Source: Acidobacteriota bacterium (GTDB lineage Bacteria > Acidobacteriota > Vicinamibacteria > Marinacidobacterales > Marinacidobacteraceae). Taken from it: a DNA stretch of 64,000 nt. The translations under genes and the position numbers were made by a program. The stretch's first letter is position 1. Every line of letters starts with the position of its first letter. Below the pieces are notes generated by a model that saw only the letters and a program-made list of their open reading frames with translations, did not search any database and had not been told where the DNA came from. Location: positions 1,265 to 65,264 of the forward strand of contig JAPPGX010000016.1 in assembly GCA_028877265.1 (NCBI GenBank), given 5' to 3'. Shown piece after piece: positions 44,709 through 53,207 of this stretch.

Positions 44709-45290
44709 TTGCGGGCCGGCGAGCTGGACCCCGACACCGCGTGGGCCGACCTCATCGGCCGGCATCGGCGCCGACTCTTCTCCCTCGCGTATCGCTTTAC
44801 CGGCCGGTACCAGGACGCCGAAGAACTGACCCAGGAGATCATCGTCCGGGTCTACCGCCAACTGGACCGATTCGATCCGCGGGCACACTTCGCCGTGTGG
44901 CTCAACTCGGTGGCCCGCAACTACTGCATCGACCACTACCGGATGAAGGTCCGCGAACGCCAGCGGCTCCTCCCGGAGGAAACGCCCCTCGAGCGGACGC
45001 CGGGGAGCGCGCTTCTCGGGCCGGACCGTCTGCTGGAGCAGCGCGAGGCGCGGGCCAGCCTGCTTCGAGCGCTCGACGGCCTTTCCCCCAAGCTCCGGGA
45101 AGTGGTGCAGCTCCGGTTCTTCCAGGAGTTGCCCTACGAGGAGATCTGTGAGCGCCTCGGGGTTCCCGAAGGCACCGTCAAGAGCCGCATTCACCGGGGG
45201 CGCGCCGAGTTGAAGCGCCTCCTCGTCGCCGCCCGGGACGTTCCCGGCCGGCCACCCGGTTCCACCGCCGGGCGGAGGTCCATGTCATGA
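44709..45290 (+). CDS. ECF-type (group 4) RNA polymerase sigma factor
   Basis: Region 2 (RRLFSLAYRFTGRYQDAEELTQEIIVRVYRQLDRFDPRAHFAVWLNSVARNYCIDHYR) and region 4 (LREVVQLRFFQELPYEEICERLGVPEGTVKSRIHRGRAELKRLL). The TTG 44709 start is uncertain; see the finding. Confidence 0.85.
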   Translation: MRAGELDPDTAWADLIGRHRRRLFSLAYRFTGRYQDAEELTQEIIVRVYRQLDRFDPRAHFAVWLNSVARNYCIDHYRMKVRERQRLLPEETPLERTPGSALLGPDRLLEQREARASLLRALDGLSPKLREVVQLRFFQELPYEEICERLGVPEGTVKSRIHRGRAELKRLLVAARDVPGRPPGSTAGRRSMS

Positions 45291-45646
45291 AGGTCAGCAC
45301 TCGCACGGACGACGGCGCGGTAGTGGTTCGCGTCGAAGTCGCACGACTTGTCTACGCCACCCTCGATTCCTTCGTGGATCAGGTCGGTCCTTACCTCGAA
45401 GCGGACCGGCCCGCGGTGGTCTTCGATCTCTCCTCGGTGAACTATCTGGATTCCGCCGCGATCGGGTGTCTCATGGACCTCTACCGGCGCGCCGCCGCGA
45501 GGCACGGCCGGATCGCTCTTGCCGGGGTCCTGGAACGCGTGGAGCGGATGCTCAGAATGACAGGCGCCCACGAGTTCATTCCAATCTACGGATCGGCGGC
45601 GGATGCGGTGCGTGCGCTCGGGGGAAGCTCAGGGGGGAACGAATGA
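45287..45646 (+). CDS. STAS-domain anti-sigma-factor antagonist-like protein
   Basis: 119 aa. VVFDLSSVNYLDSAAIGCLMDLY carries the conserved DS serine position of SpoIIAA/RsbV-type proteins. ATGA overlap with the sigma gene. Confidence 0.82.
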   Translation: MKVSTRTDDGAVVVRVEVARLVYATLDSFVDQVGPYLEADRPAVVFDLSSVNYLDSAAIGCLMDLYRRAAARHGRIALAGVLERVERMLRMTGAHEFIPIYGSAADAVRALGGSSGGNE

Positions 45647-45924
45647 TGCGATCCATTCGAATGCAGGGCGGTCGCGAGATCGAGCTGGACGGCGATCTGC
45701 TCGCGATCCTGGAGGCGCTCTACCGGGAGGTCTCGGTGCGCAGCGAGTTCCGCAACACTTACGAGGCCATGACCCGGGAGATCAGCCACCTGGTGGACGA
45801 AATGGACGCCGGCGAGCGCCGCAGCTACCTGATAGAAAGCCTGTTCCTGAATGTCGTCCGCTACGAGAACGAACGGCTGGCGGCGTTCCTCAAGATGGTC
45901 GAGACCCCGGATCCGGAGGACTGA
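45643..45924 (+). CDS. Hypothetical 93-aa cytoplasmic helical protein
   Basis: ATG 45643 overlaps the STAS stop (ATGATG context). MMRSIRMQGGREIELDGDLLAILEALYREV... has no TM segment and I recognise no motif. Track ORF 45466..45924 starts inside the STAS gene. Confidence 0.55.
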   Translation: MMRSIRMQGGREIELDGDLLAILEALYREVSVRSEFRNTYEAMTREISHLVDEMDAGERRSYLIESLFLNVVRYENERLAAFLKMVETPDPED

Positions 45925-45928
45925 ACCG

Positions 45929-46333
45929 TTGAAGCGACATCTTGCCGCGGTGAGCCTGGTCGCCGCGATCCTCGTCGGGGCGCTCTCCGCCGCGTCCGGG
46001 AACGCGGTCCAGCGGGGGCCGCGGCTCGAGATCGAGCCCGGTGAGTGGGATTTCGGTCGAGCGGCTCCCGGGGAAGTGCTGGTCCAGGAGTTCGCGCTGA
46101 AGAACACCGGAAACGGGGACCTGGAGATCGGCCGCATCGCGTCCGCGTGCGCCTGCGCCGCCGCGGTGACCGACCGTACGGTCATCCCGCCGGGAGAGTC
46201 GGGGACGCTCCGGGTGACGCTGGAGACCCGGCGTTACCGGGGCGTGCTCGAACGCTGGCTGACCATCCGCTCGAACGACTCCCGGAGCGCGACCCGGCTC
46301 AAGGTACGGGTCTATGTCGAAGACGTGCCTTGA
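45929..46333 (+). CDS. Exported DUF1573-domain protein
   Basis: TTG 45929, 4 nt after the previous stop. Signal peptide (M)KRHLAAVSLVAAILVGALSAASG, then WDFGRAAPGEVLVQEFALKNTGNGDLEIGRIASACACAAAV, matching the DUF1573 pattern (FG...G....F.F.N.G...L.I....SCGC). Confidence 0.72.
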   Translation: MKRHLAAVSLVAAILVGALSAASGNAVQRGPRLEIEPGEWDFGRAAPGEVLVQEFALKNTGNGDLEIGRIASACACAAAVTDRTVIPPGESGTLRVTLETRRYRGVLERWLTIRSNDSRSATRLKVRVYVEDVP

Positions 46334-46375
46334 GTCGCGTGCGGCCGGAGTCGGGTTTGATCGGGGCGCCGGCCC

Positions 46376-46756
46376 TCAGCGTCCGACGGCCACCAGGTAC
46401 ACCCAGTTCGCGATCAGGATGACGACCAATCCGCGGAACACGAGCCGCTGGCGCTCCGGAGTGAGCCACGGAGGCGTTCGGCCCAGGACCAGCGCGGCCC
46501 CGCTCGCGAGCATCCCGGCGTGGAGCAGGACGACCGCGGGATTCCAGGCGAACGCCTCCGGCAGTGACCCCTGGCCGAGCGCCGCGGTGGCGCGGACCCC
46601 GCCGCAGAAGGGGCAGGGCAGACCGGAGAGGGCCTTGACGCCGCAGAGGGTGACGTCCGGAGCCAGGTCCCGGAGGAGGGCGGCGGCGCCCAGGCTGACC
46701 AATGACAGCGCGAGGAGCGCCAGGCCCTGATGCCGGTTGCTGCGCACGGCGACCAT
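46376..46756 (-). CDS. DUF2752-domain membrane protein
   Basis: 126 aa. CGVKALSGLPCPFCGGVRA is the CPxCG-type motif of DUF2752. Three to four TM segments. Confidence 0.72.
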   Translation of the reverse strand: MVAVRSNRHQGLALLALSLVSLGAAALLRDLAPDVTLCGVKALSGLPCPFCGGVRATAALGQGSLPEAFAWNPAVVLLHAGMLASGAALVLGRTPPWLTPERQRLVFRGLVVILIANWVYLVAVGR

Positions 46757-46889
46757 TGTCTCCCTTCCGACCCCATCGCCCGACCGGGCGGGCGTGAACA
46801 GCCTGTGCTGAAACTCCCGCGGCAGTCGACGCCCGCTGAATCCCCGCTGAACCGCTCGCCTTTGGCTCGCTCATCGTTGCGCTTCCGTC

Positions 46890-46908
46890 GGAATACACTC
46901 GGTATTCC
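46890..46908. promoter_or_regulatory. Inverted repeat GGAATAC-actcg-GTATTCC in a divergent intergenic region
   Basis: Perfect 7+7 inverted repeat in a locally AT-richer patch, between the DUF2752 gene (-) and the topoisomerase A-subunit gene (+). Confidence 0.35.
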
Positions 46909-46984
46909 TCCCTCGCGCGCCTTGTCAGCGTGGCCCAGCGTGCGTCTCGGTGCTCGCGCCAGTTCCACCACAGGCTGTTAACCC

Positions 46985-49336
46985 GTGGCGCGATCCAGAA
47001 AGCGCCCCCTGCCGCTCGGGACCGATAACGGGACGAACGGAGTTCCGGCCCCTCTGGGAGAGGTCGTCCAGGACCGCTACCGGACCTACGCCCTGTCGGT
47101 CATCGGCAGCCGGGCGCTGCCGGACGTGCGGGACGGCCTCAAGCCGGTGCAGCGGCGGATCCTGACCACCATGTGGCGCCAGGGGCTGCGCGCCGACGGC
47201 CGTTTCCGCAAGTGCGCCAAGGTGGTGGGCGATGTGATGGGGGGCTACCACCCGCACGGCGACGCGGCGATCTACGAGGCGCTGGTCCGGATGGCGCAGC
47301 CCTTCGCGTCCCGCTTGCCGTTGATCGAGGGGGCCGGCAACTTCGGGTCGCTCGACGGCGACCCGGCGGCGGCCATGCGGTACACCGAGTGCCGGCTCGC
47401 GGAGGCCGCGGAGGACGTGCTCGGGGAGATCGGGCTGGACACCGTCCCCCATCGTCCGACCTACGACGGGACCCGTAGCGAGCCGGTCGTCCTGCCCAGC
47501 CGTCTGCCGCTGCTGCTCGTGAACGGATCCACGGGGATCGCGGTCGGCGTGGCCACCAGCATTCCGCCGCACAATCTTGTCGAGGTCGTGGAGGCGCTGA
47601 TCCGGCTGCTCGACGATCCCTCGCTCGGCTCCCGCGAGTTGGCGGAGACGGTCAAGGGACCGGACTTCCCGACCGGCGGCGAGATCCTCGACCCGCCCGA
47701 GCGGCGCGCCGAGATCTACGAGGAAGGAAAGGGATCCATTCGCGTTCGCGGGACCGTCACGGACGGTGGGACGCGGCGCCACATCCGCACGCTGTTCATC
47801 ACCTCGGTCCCCTACGGGGTGAACAAGGCGCAGCTCGTCCAGCGTCTCGGGGAGATCGTGGCCGACCGGTCGCTGCCGGCGCTCCTGGACGTCAGCGATC
47901 TCTCGACGGATGACGTCCAGATCCGGCTCGAGGTCCGGAAGGACGTCGACCAGGACAAGATCCTGGCCTTCCTCTACAAGCGCACCCCGCTCCAGTCCTC
48001 CGTGGCCGTGGACCTGACGTGCCTTCGTTTCGACCGTTCGGAGGGAGGGATCCCGGAAAGAGTCGGCCTGCGCACCGTGCTTCAGGACTTCCTGGACTTC
48101 CGGCGCGAGGTGGTGCGGCGCCGTCTCGAGGACGAGCGCCGCAAGCTGGACGGCAGGCTCCACATCCTCGACGGATTCGCGCGGGTCTTCGACGCGCTGG
48201 ACCGGATCCTGAAGATCGTGCGGGCTTCCGGCGGCAAGGCCGACGCGGCCGGGAAGATCATGGCCGAGCTGCCGCTCGACCGGGAGCAGACCGATGCGGT
48301 GCTCGAGCTGAAGATCTACCGCCTGGCGCGCCTGGAGATCCAGGTCATCCTCGAGGAGGGGAAGGAGCGGAAGAAGCGGCTTCGCGAGGTGAAGCGCCTG
48401 CTGGGCAGCGAGGAGGCGATCACCGGGCTGATCCGCGACGAGCTTGCCGAGATCCGGGACCGCCCCTGGATCGAGCAGGAACGCCGCACGGAATTCGCGG
48501 AGTCGGCCGAAGTGGCCGAGTTCGCTGCAGAGGACTTCATCCTGGCGGAGGACACCACCCTGGTCCTCACCCGCGACGGCTGGATCAAGCGCCAGCGCGA
48601 GATTCGCGAACTGGACAAGCTGCGGCTCCGCGAGGGCGACGAGGTCATCGCGCTCCAGCCGGGCAGCACCCGCGCGCCCTTCATCCTCTTCTCGTCCCAG
48701 GGAACCGCCTTCACCGCCCGGCTGGCGGACGTATCGGCGACGACCGGGTACGGAGACCCGGTGCAGAAGCTGTTCACGCTGCGCGACGGAGAACGGATCG
48801 TGAGCCTGCTCGGCCTCGATTCCCGGGGTCTGGACGGCGCGGTCTCCACCAAGGGCGGAGGGGTGCCCGAGCGCCACGCGATTGCGCTCACAAAAAGCGG
48901 CTATGCCCTCCGGTTCAGCCTCGAGGACTTCCTCCAGCCCTCGAAACGCAACGGCCGCCGCTTCGCGCGGCTGAAGGAGGGCGATGAGATCATCGGGGCG
49001 GTGCTCACGACCGGCGAGGACACGCTCATCCTGGCGACCCGCGACGGCCGGGCACTCCTTTGCGATGTCGAGGAGATCAACGTGCTGTCGGGCGCCGGGC
49101 TCGGCGTGAAGGCCATCAACCTCGGGCCCGGCGACCAGGTGATCGGGTTCCGGGTCGCCCGGCGCAAGGAACCGCTCGTGGTTGAGACGCGCGGTGGGGG
49201 AACGCGGCTGATCGCCCGGGGCGACCGATTCAAGGTGGGCGCCCGCGGCCGCCGGGGGCAACTGGTGAACAAGGCGGGCTTCGAGAGGGTCAAGACCGAG
49301 ATCGCCCTGCCCCAGCCGCTGAAGGGACCGCCGTGA
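46985..49336 (+). CDS. Type IIA DNA topoisomerase subunit A (GyrA/ParC family; ParC-like because no GyrA box is visible)
   Basis: 783 aa with a GTG start. [23 protein letters not shown], and catalytic Tyr in [10 protein letters not shown]. The C-terminal beta-pinwheel region lacks a QRRGGKG-type box in its first blade. Confidence 0.9.
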   Translation: MARSRKRPLPLGTDNGTNGVPAPLGEVVQDRYRTYALSVIGSRALPDVRDGLKPVQRRILTTMWRQGLRADGRFRKCAKVVGDVMGGYHPHGDAAIYEALVRMAQPFASRLPLIEGAGNFGSLDGDPAAAMRYTECRLAEAAEDVLGEIGLDTVPHRPTYDGTRSEPVVLPSRLPLLLVNGSTGIAVGVATSIPPHNLVEVVEALIRLLDDPSLGSRELAETVKGPDFPTGGEILDPPERRAEIYEEGKGSIRVRGTVTDGGTRRHIRTLFITSVPYGVNKAQLVQRLGEIVADRSLPALLDVSDLSTDDVQIRLEVRKDVDQDKILAFLYKRTPLQSSVAVDLTCLRFDRSEGGIPERVGLRTVLQDFLDFRREVVRRRLEDERRKLDGRLHILDGFARVFDALDRILKIVRASGGKADAAGKIMAELPLDREQTDAVLELKIYRLARLEIQVILEEGKERKKRLREVKRLLGSEEAITGLIRDELAEIRDRPWIEQERRTEFAESAEVAEFAAEDFILAEDTTLVLTRDGWIKRQREIRELDKLRLREGDEVIALQPGSTRAPFILFSSQGTAFTARLADVSATTGYGDPVQKLFTLRDGERIVSLLGLDSRGLDGAVSTKGGGVPERHAIALTKSGYALRFSLEDFLQPSKRNGRRFARLKEGDEIIGAVLTTGEDTLILATRDGRALLCDVEEINVLSGAGLGVKAINLGPGDQVIGFRVARRKEPLVVETRGGGTRLIARGDRFKVGARGRRGQLVNKAGFERVKTEIALPQPLKGPP

Positions 49337-51249
49337 GCAACGGGCAGAGATACACCGCCCGCGACATCACCGTCCTCGAGGGCCTGGCGCCGGTGCGGAA
49401 GCGCCCAGCCATGTACATCGGGGGAACCGACGCCGATGGACTCCACCACCTGGTCTGGGAAATCCTCGACAACAGCGTGGACGAGGCCATGAACGGGCAT
49501 GCCTCGCGGATCGACGTGACCCTGAAGGCCGACGGATCGGTCGCGGTGATGGACAACGGCCGCGGGATTCCCGTGGACATTCACAAGCCGTCGGGCAAGC
49601 CGGCGCTGGAGGTGATCCTCACGACGCTGCATGCCGGCGGGAAGTTCGACCGGGGCGCCTACCACGCCTCCGGCGGGCTGCACGGCGTCGGGGCGTCGGT
49701 GGTGAACGCCCTGAGCGCCTCGTTGACGGCCCGGGTCCGGCGGAACCGGCGGCAGTGGGAGATGCGTTTCCGGCGCGGAAAACCGCTCGGCAAGATGAAG
49801 GAGACCGGGTCGGGGAAGGGGAACGGCACCGAGATCACCTTCACGCCCGACCCGCAGATCTTCCCGGAGCCGAAACTGGATGCGGAGCGGATCGCCACGC
49901 GGATGATCGAGACCAGCTACCTGCACAAGGGTCTTCAACTCACGTTCACGGACGAAGCGTCCGGAAAACAGCGGGAGTGGAGGCAGGCACGCGGCCTGCC
50001 GGACTACTTCGACGCGGTGATCGGGGACCGGAAGCTGACCCTGGCTCACGAGGCCGCCTTCGAGCTCTCGCGCGATCCCCTGAACGGCGATGGCCGCCTC
50101 GAAATGGTGCTCGGCTGGACCGAGGCGCCGCGCGAGGAGTTCCGCAGCTACGTCAACGGGATCCCGACCGGATCCGGGGGGTCGCATGAGACGGGCCTTC
50201 GCGACGGGCTTGCCAAAGCGGTCCGGAACTACCTCGAAACCCATTCGCTGATCCCGCGGGGCGTGACCATCGCCGCGGAAGACATCCGCGAGGGTGTGCT
50301 CGCGATCCTGAGCGTGTTCCTCGAGAACCCGCAGTTCCAGGGACAGACGAAGGACCGGCTCAACAACCCGGAAGTGCGGGCGCCGGTGGACACCGCGGTC
50401 CGGATCGAACTCGAGCGCTGGCTGAACCAGTCACCGACCGCGGCGGAGCGCATCGCGAACCGGGTGGTGCTGGCCGCCCGGGCCCGCGAGGCGTCCCGCG
50501 CCGCCTCGGCGGCGGTCTCCCGGAAGAGCGAGACCAGGACCCGCAGCGTGTTGCCGGGCAAGCTCAGCGACTGCGCCTCGCGGAACGCCGACGAGACCGA
50601 GATCTTCATCGTGGAGGGGGACTCGGCGGGCGGGTCCGCGAAACAGGGACGGGACAGGATGCGCCAGGCGGTGCTTCCGCTGCGGGGCAAGATCCTGAAC
50701 GCGGCGCAGGCCACCCGCGCCAAGGTGGCCGAAAACGCGGAGCTCCGGGACATCGCGCTGGCGCTCGGCTGCGGCACCGGCGACGACTGCGATCCGGAGA
50801 AGCTCCGCTACCGGAGGGTGGTGCTGCTCGCGGACGCCGATGCCGACGGCCACCACATCACCACCCTGCTGCTCGCCTACTTCGTCAAGTTCATGTGGAA
50901 GCTGCTGGAAGCGGGCCGGGTCTTCGTCGCGCAGCCGCCGCTCTACCGGGTCGACCTGGGGGGCAAGTCGCACTGGGCGCGGGACGAAGCCGACAAGGAA
51001 GCCATCCTGAGCCGATCGGCCGGCGGGAAGTCCCCGACGATCACCCGCTTCAAGGGGCTCGGCGAGATGCAGCCCAAGGTGCTCTGGGACACGACCCTGA
51101 ACCCCGAGACCCGCAGCCTGCTTCGGGTCGAGATCCCCGACCGCCCCGCGGCGGACAACTTCATCGTCACCCTGATGGGCAAGGACCCGGCCGAACGCCG
51201 CCTCCTGATCCGCGACGGCGCCCCCGATCCGGCCGCGCTGGACTTGTAG
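49333..51249 (+). CDS. Type IIA DNA topoisomerase subunit B (GyrB/ParE family)
   Basis: 638 aa. [46 protein letters not shown], the EGDSAGG Toprim motif and [12 protein letters not shown] overlap with the A subunit. Confidence 0.92.
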   Translation: MSNGQRYTARDITVLEGLAPVRKRPAMYIGGTDADGLHHLVWEILDNSVDEAMNGHASRIDVTLKADGSVAVMDNGRGIPVDIHKPSGKPALEVILTTLHAGGKFDRGAYHASGGLHGVGASVVNALSASLTARVRRNRRQWEMRFRRGKPLGKMKETGSGKGNGTEITFTPDPQIFPEPKLDAERIATRMIETSYLHKGLQLTFTDEASGKQREWRQARGLPDYFDAVIGDRKLTLAHEAAFELSRDPLNGDGRLEMVLGWTEAPREEFRSYVNGIPTGSGGSHETGLRDGLAKAVRNYLETHSLIPRGVTIAAEDIREGVLAILSVFLENPQFQGQTKDRLNNPEVRAPVDTAVRIELERWLNQSPTAAERIANRVVLAARAREASRAASAAVSRKSETRTRSVLPGKLSDCASRNADETEIFIVEGDSAGGSAKQGRDRMRQAVLPLRGKILNAAQATRAKVAENAELRDIALALGCGTGDDCDPEKLRYRRVVLLADADADGHHITTLLLAYFVKFMWKLLEAGRVFVAQPPLYRVDLGGKSHWARDEADKEAILSRSAGGKSPTITRFKGLGEMQPKVLWDTTLNPETRSLLRVEIPDRPAADNFIVTLMGKDPAERRLLIRDGAPDPAALDL

Positions 51250-51253
51250 GCCC

Positions 51254-51298
51254 GGGACCGCCGGTCTTCAGACCGGCACGCGCGGCGCTCCGCGCCGC
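51254..51298 (+). repeat. REP-like double-hairpin element, family 1, copy C
   Basis: Identical 35-nt core at 51254..51288. The second hairpin is GCGGCGC-tcc-GCGCCGC (51282..51298). It starts 5 nt after the B-subunit stop codon. Confidence 0.8.
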
Positions 51299-51322
51299 AG
51301 GCAGCACTTCCGCCCGGCTGAC

Positions 51323-51328
51323 TAGGAT
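51323..51328 (+). promoter_or_regulatory. -10-like hexamer TAGGAT, 9 nt upstream of the ychF GTG (possible leaderless mRNA)
   Basis: gacTAGGATgtacccctcGTG, with no Shine-Dalgarno. Confidence 0.35.
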
Positions 51329-51337
51329 GTACCCCTC

Positions 51338-52402
51338 GTGCGCGCCGGAATCGTCGGCTTCGCCGCCTCCGGCAAGAAGACCCTCTTTTCGCTCCTGACC
51401 CGGGTGGCCCAGGCGGGCTACGCGGCAGGCGCCCGGCGGGGGGTGTTGGCGGTCCCCGACCAGCGGCTCGACATCGTCGGGCGGCTCCACAAATCCAGGA
51501 AGCTCACTCACGCCACCATCGAAGTGGTGCTCGTCCCGGCTCTCCGGCGGGGCGCGCGGGGCCAGACCGAGAACCTGGCGGCGCTCCGGGACGTGGACGC
51601 CATCGTCCATGTCGCGCGGGCCTTTGAGGATCCGACCGTTCCATCGCCGTTCGATTCGGTGGATCCGGGGCGGGATGCCTCGAATCTGGAGCTGGAGTTG
51701 CTGCTCACCGATCTTGCGGTTCTGGAGAAACGCATCAAGCGACTCGACTACGACCGGGCGCGCGGCAATCCCGAACCCGTCCGGGGCGAGCGCGACCTGC
51801 TGGACCGGGCGCGGCGGGAGGTGGAGCGGGAGGTGCCGCTGCGCGAAGCCCTGAGCATCGAAGACCGGAAACGTCTCGTCGGTTACGGGCTGATGAGCGC
51901 GAAGCCGCACCTCGTGGTTCTCAACGCCGGGGAGGACGAGGCGGGCCGGGGTCCGGAAAGCTGGCCGGGCCTCGAAGAACTGTCACGCCGTCCGGAGACG
52001 CGGCTCGCGACCATTTCCGCGCGGATCGAGGCGGAGATTGCAGAGCTACCCGAGGAAGATGCGGCGGAGTTCCGGCGTGACCTCGGGGTCGAGGCGGGGG
52101 CGGCGAAGCGGATCATCCGGGCCATTTTCGAACTGATGGACCACGCCACCTTCTACACGGCCGCCGAGAACGAGGCCCGCGCCTGGTTGTTCCGCCGGAA
52201 CACCCGCGCCCAGGAGGTCGCCGGCGGGATCCACTCCGACATGGAGCGGGGTTTCATCCGGGCGGAGGTGGTCTCCTACGACGCCCTGGTGGAGTTCGGG
52301 TCCTGGGATGCGGCGCGGAAGCAGGGGGCGCTGCGGCTGGAGGGGAAGGACTATCCGGTGCAGGACGGGGACGTTCTGCTGATCCGGTTCAACGTGGGCT
52401 GA
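51338..52402 (+). CDS. ychF: YchF/OLA1-family ribosome-binding ATPase
   Basis: 354 aa. P-loop GFAASGKKT (atypical residues), NAGE (the NxxE specificity motif of YchF), and a C-terminal TGS-like domain FYTAAENEARAW...IHSDMERGFIRAEV...EGKDYPVQDGDVLLIRFNV. Confidence 0.85.
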   Translation: MRAGIVGFAASGKKTLFSLLTRVAQAGYAAGARRGVLAVPDQRLDIVGRLHKSRKLTHATIEVVLVPALRRGARGQTENLAALRDVDAIVHVARAFEDPTVPSPFDSVDPGRDASNLELELLLTDLAVLEKRIKRLDYDRARGNPEPVRGERDLLDRARREVEREVPLREALSIEDRKRLVGYGLMSAKPHLVVLNAGEDEAGRGPESWPGLEELSRRPETRLATISARIEAEIAELPEEDAAEFRRDLGVEAGAAKRIIRAIFELMDHATFYTAAENEARAWLFRRNTRAQEVAGGIHSDMERGFIRAEVVSYDALVEFGSWDAARKQGALRLEGKDYPVQDGDVLLIRFNVG

Positions 52403-52462
52403 GGGGCGGCGGAGCTACTTCCGCGAGGAGTGGGGTGCGTTTCCGCTGCGCTGCGCGCACCG

Positions 52463-52488
52463 GATGCCGGCCAGAGGCCGGCGCTCCG
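52463..52488. repeat. REP-like hairpin element, family 2, copy E
   Basis: GATGCCGGCCAGAGGCCGGCGCTCCG (stem GCCGGCC-aga-GGCCGGC), one mismatch from the copy at 27435..27460. It lies downstream of ychF. Confidence 0.65.
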
Positions 52489-52500
52489 GGACGGCGCTTC

Positions 52501-52556
52501 GTGGGCGGGGGTGGCGGGCGCAGTTTCTCTGGTGGCAATTTGTGGGTGGAAGTGGC
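52501..52556 (+). promoter_or_regulatory. Phased GTGG(G/C) array, candidate MraZ operator / Pmra region
   Basis: GTGGG 52501 and GTGGC 52511; then GTGGC 52532, GTGGG 52542 and GTGGC 52552, exactly 10 bp apart. The array is about 100-160 nt upstream of mraZ. Confidence 0.5.
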
Positions 52557-52659
52557 AAGATTAGGAAACCCCGCCTTCTCATTCACCGATCCGATCGAGC
52601 TTTAGGTCTCGGAGTGGGCAGAGCGGGCCCAAAACCGCCTCCAAGCCCCCTCAGACCCC

Positions 52660-53097
52660 GTGTTTCGCGGCAATCACCCCGCCACCGTGGACGCCAAGGG
52701 GAGGCTCAAGGTTCCGGCCGCCTTCCTCGACGCGCTGAAGCAGTTCGGCACCCAGGTTTTCATCACCAGCCTCGACGGTGGGTCGGCCTCCATCTACCCG
52801 ATCAAGGTCTGGGAGGACATCGAGTCCCGCGTGCACGGTCTGGGGGCCCTGCATCCCACGCGCCGGCGGTTCTCGCGCGCCACGAATGCCTACGGACAAC
52901 AGGCGGAACTGGATGCCCAGAACCGGCTCCTGCTGCCCCAGAACCTTCGAACGGCCGCAAACCTCGTCGGCAAGGTTGATGTCCTTGGACTGGAGCACTG
53001 TCTCGAAGTGTGGAATCACGCGACGCTGTTCTCGCAGATCGAAGACGAACCCATCACCGACGAAGACCTGTCGTACGCGTTTTCGAAGGGAGGCTGA
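52660..53097 (+). CDS. mraZ: Transcriptional regulator MraZ
   Basis: (M)FRGNHPATVDAKGRLKVPAAF and a second SpoVT/AbrB-like repeat (QAELDAQNRLLLPQNLR). 145 aa. Confidence 0.93.
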   Translation: MFRGNHPATVDAKGRLKVPAAFLDALKQFGTQVFITSLDGGSASIYPIKVWEDIESRVHGLGALHPTRRRFSRATNAYGQQAELDAQNRLLLPQNLRTAANLVGKVDVLGLEHCLEVWNHATLFSQIEDEPITDEDLSYAFSKGG

Positions 53098-53207
53098 TCT
53101 GGAAGCCGATCATGTTCCTCCCAGCGGTCCGAAGCGCGCGTCCGGCGGCGGCTCGCATCCCCCTGTCATCCCTGCGGATCCGTCTCTCCTCCTGGACCCA
53201 CCCTGAG

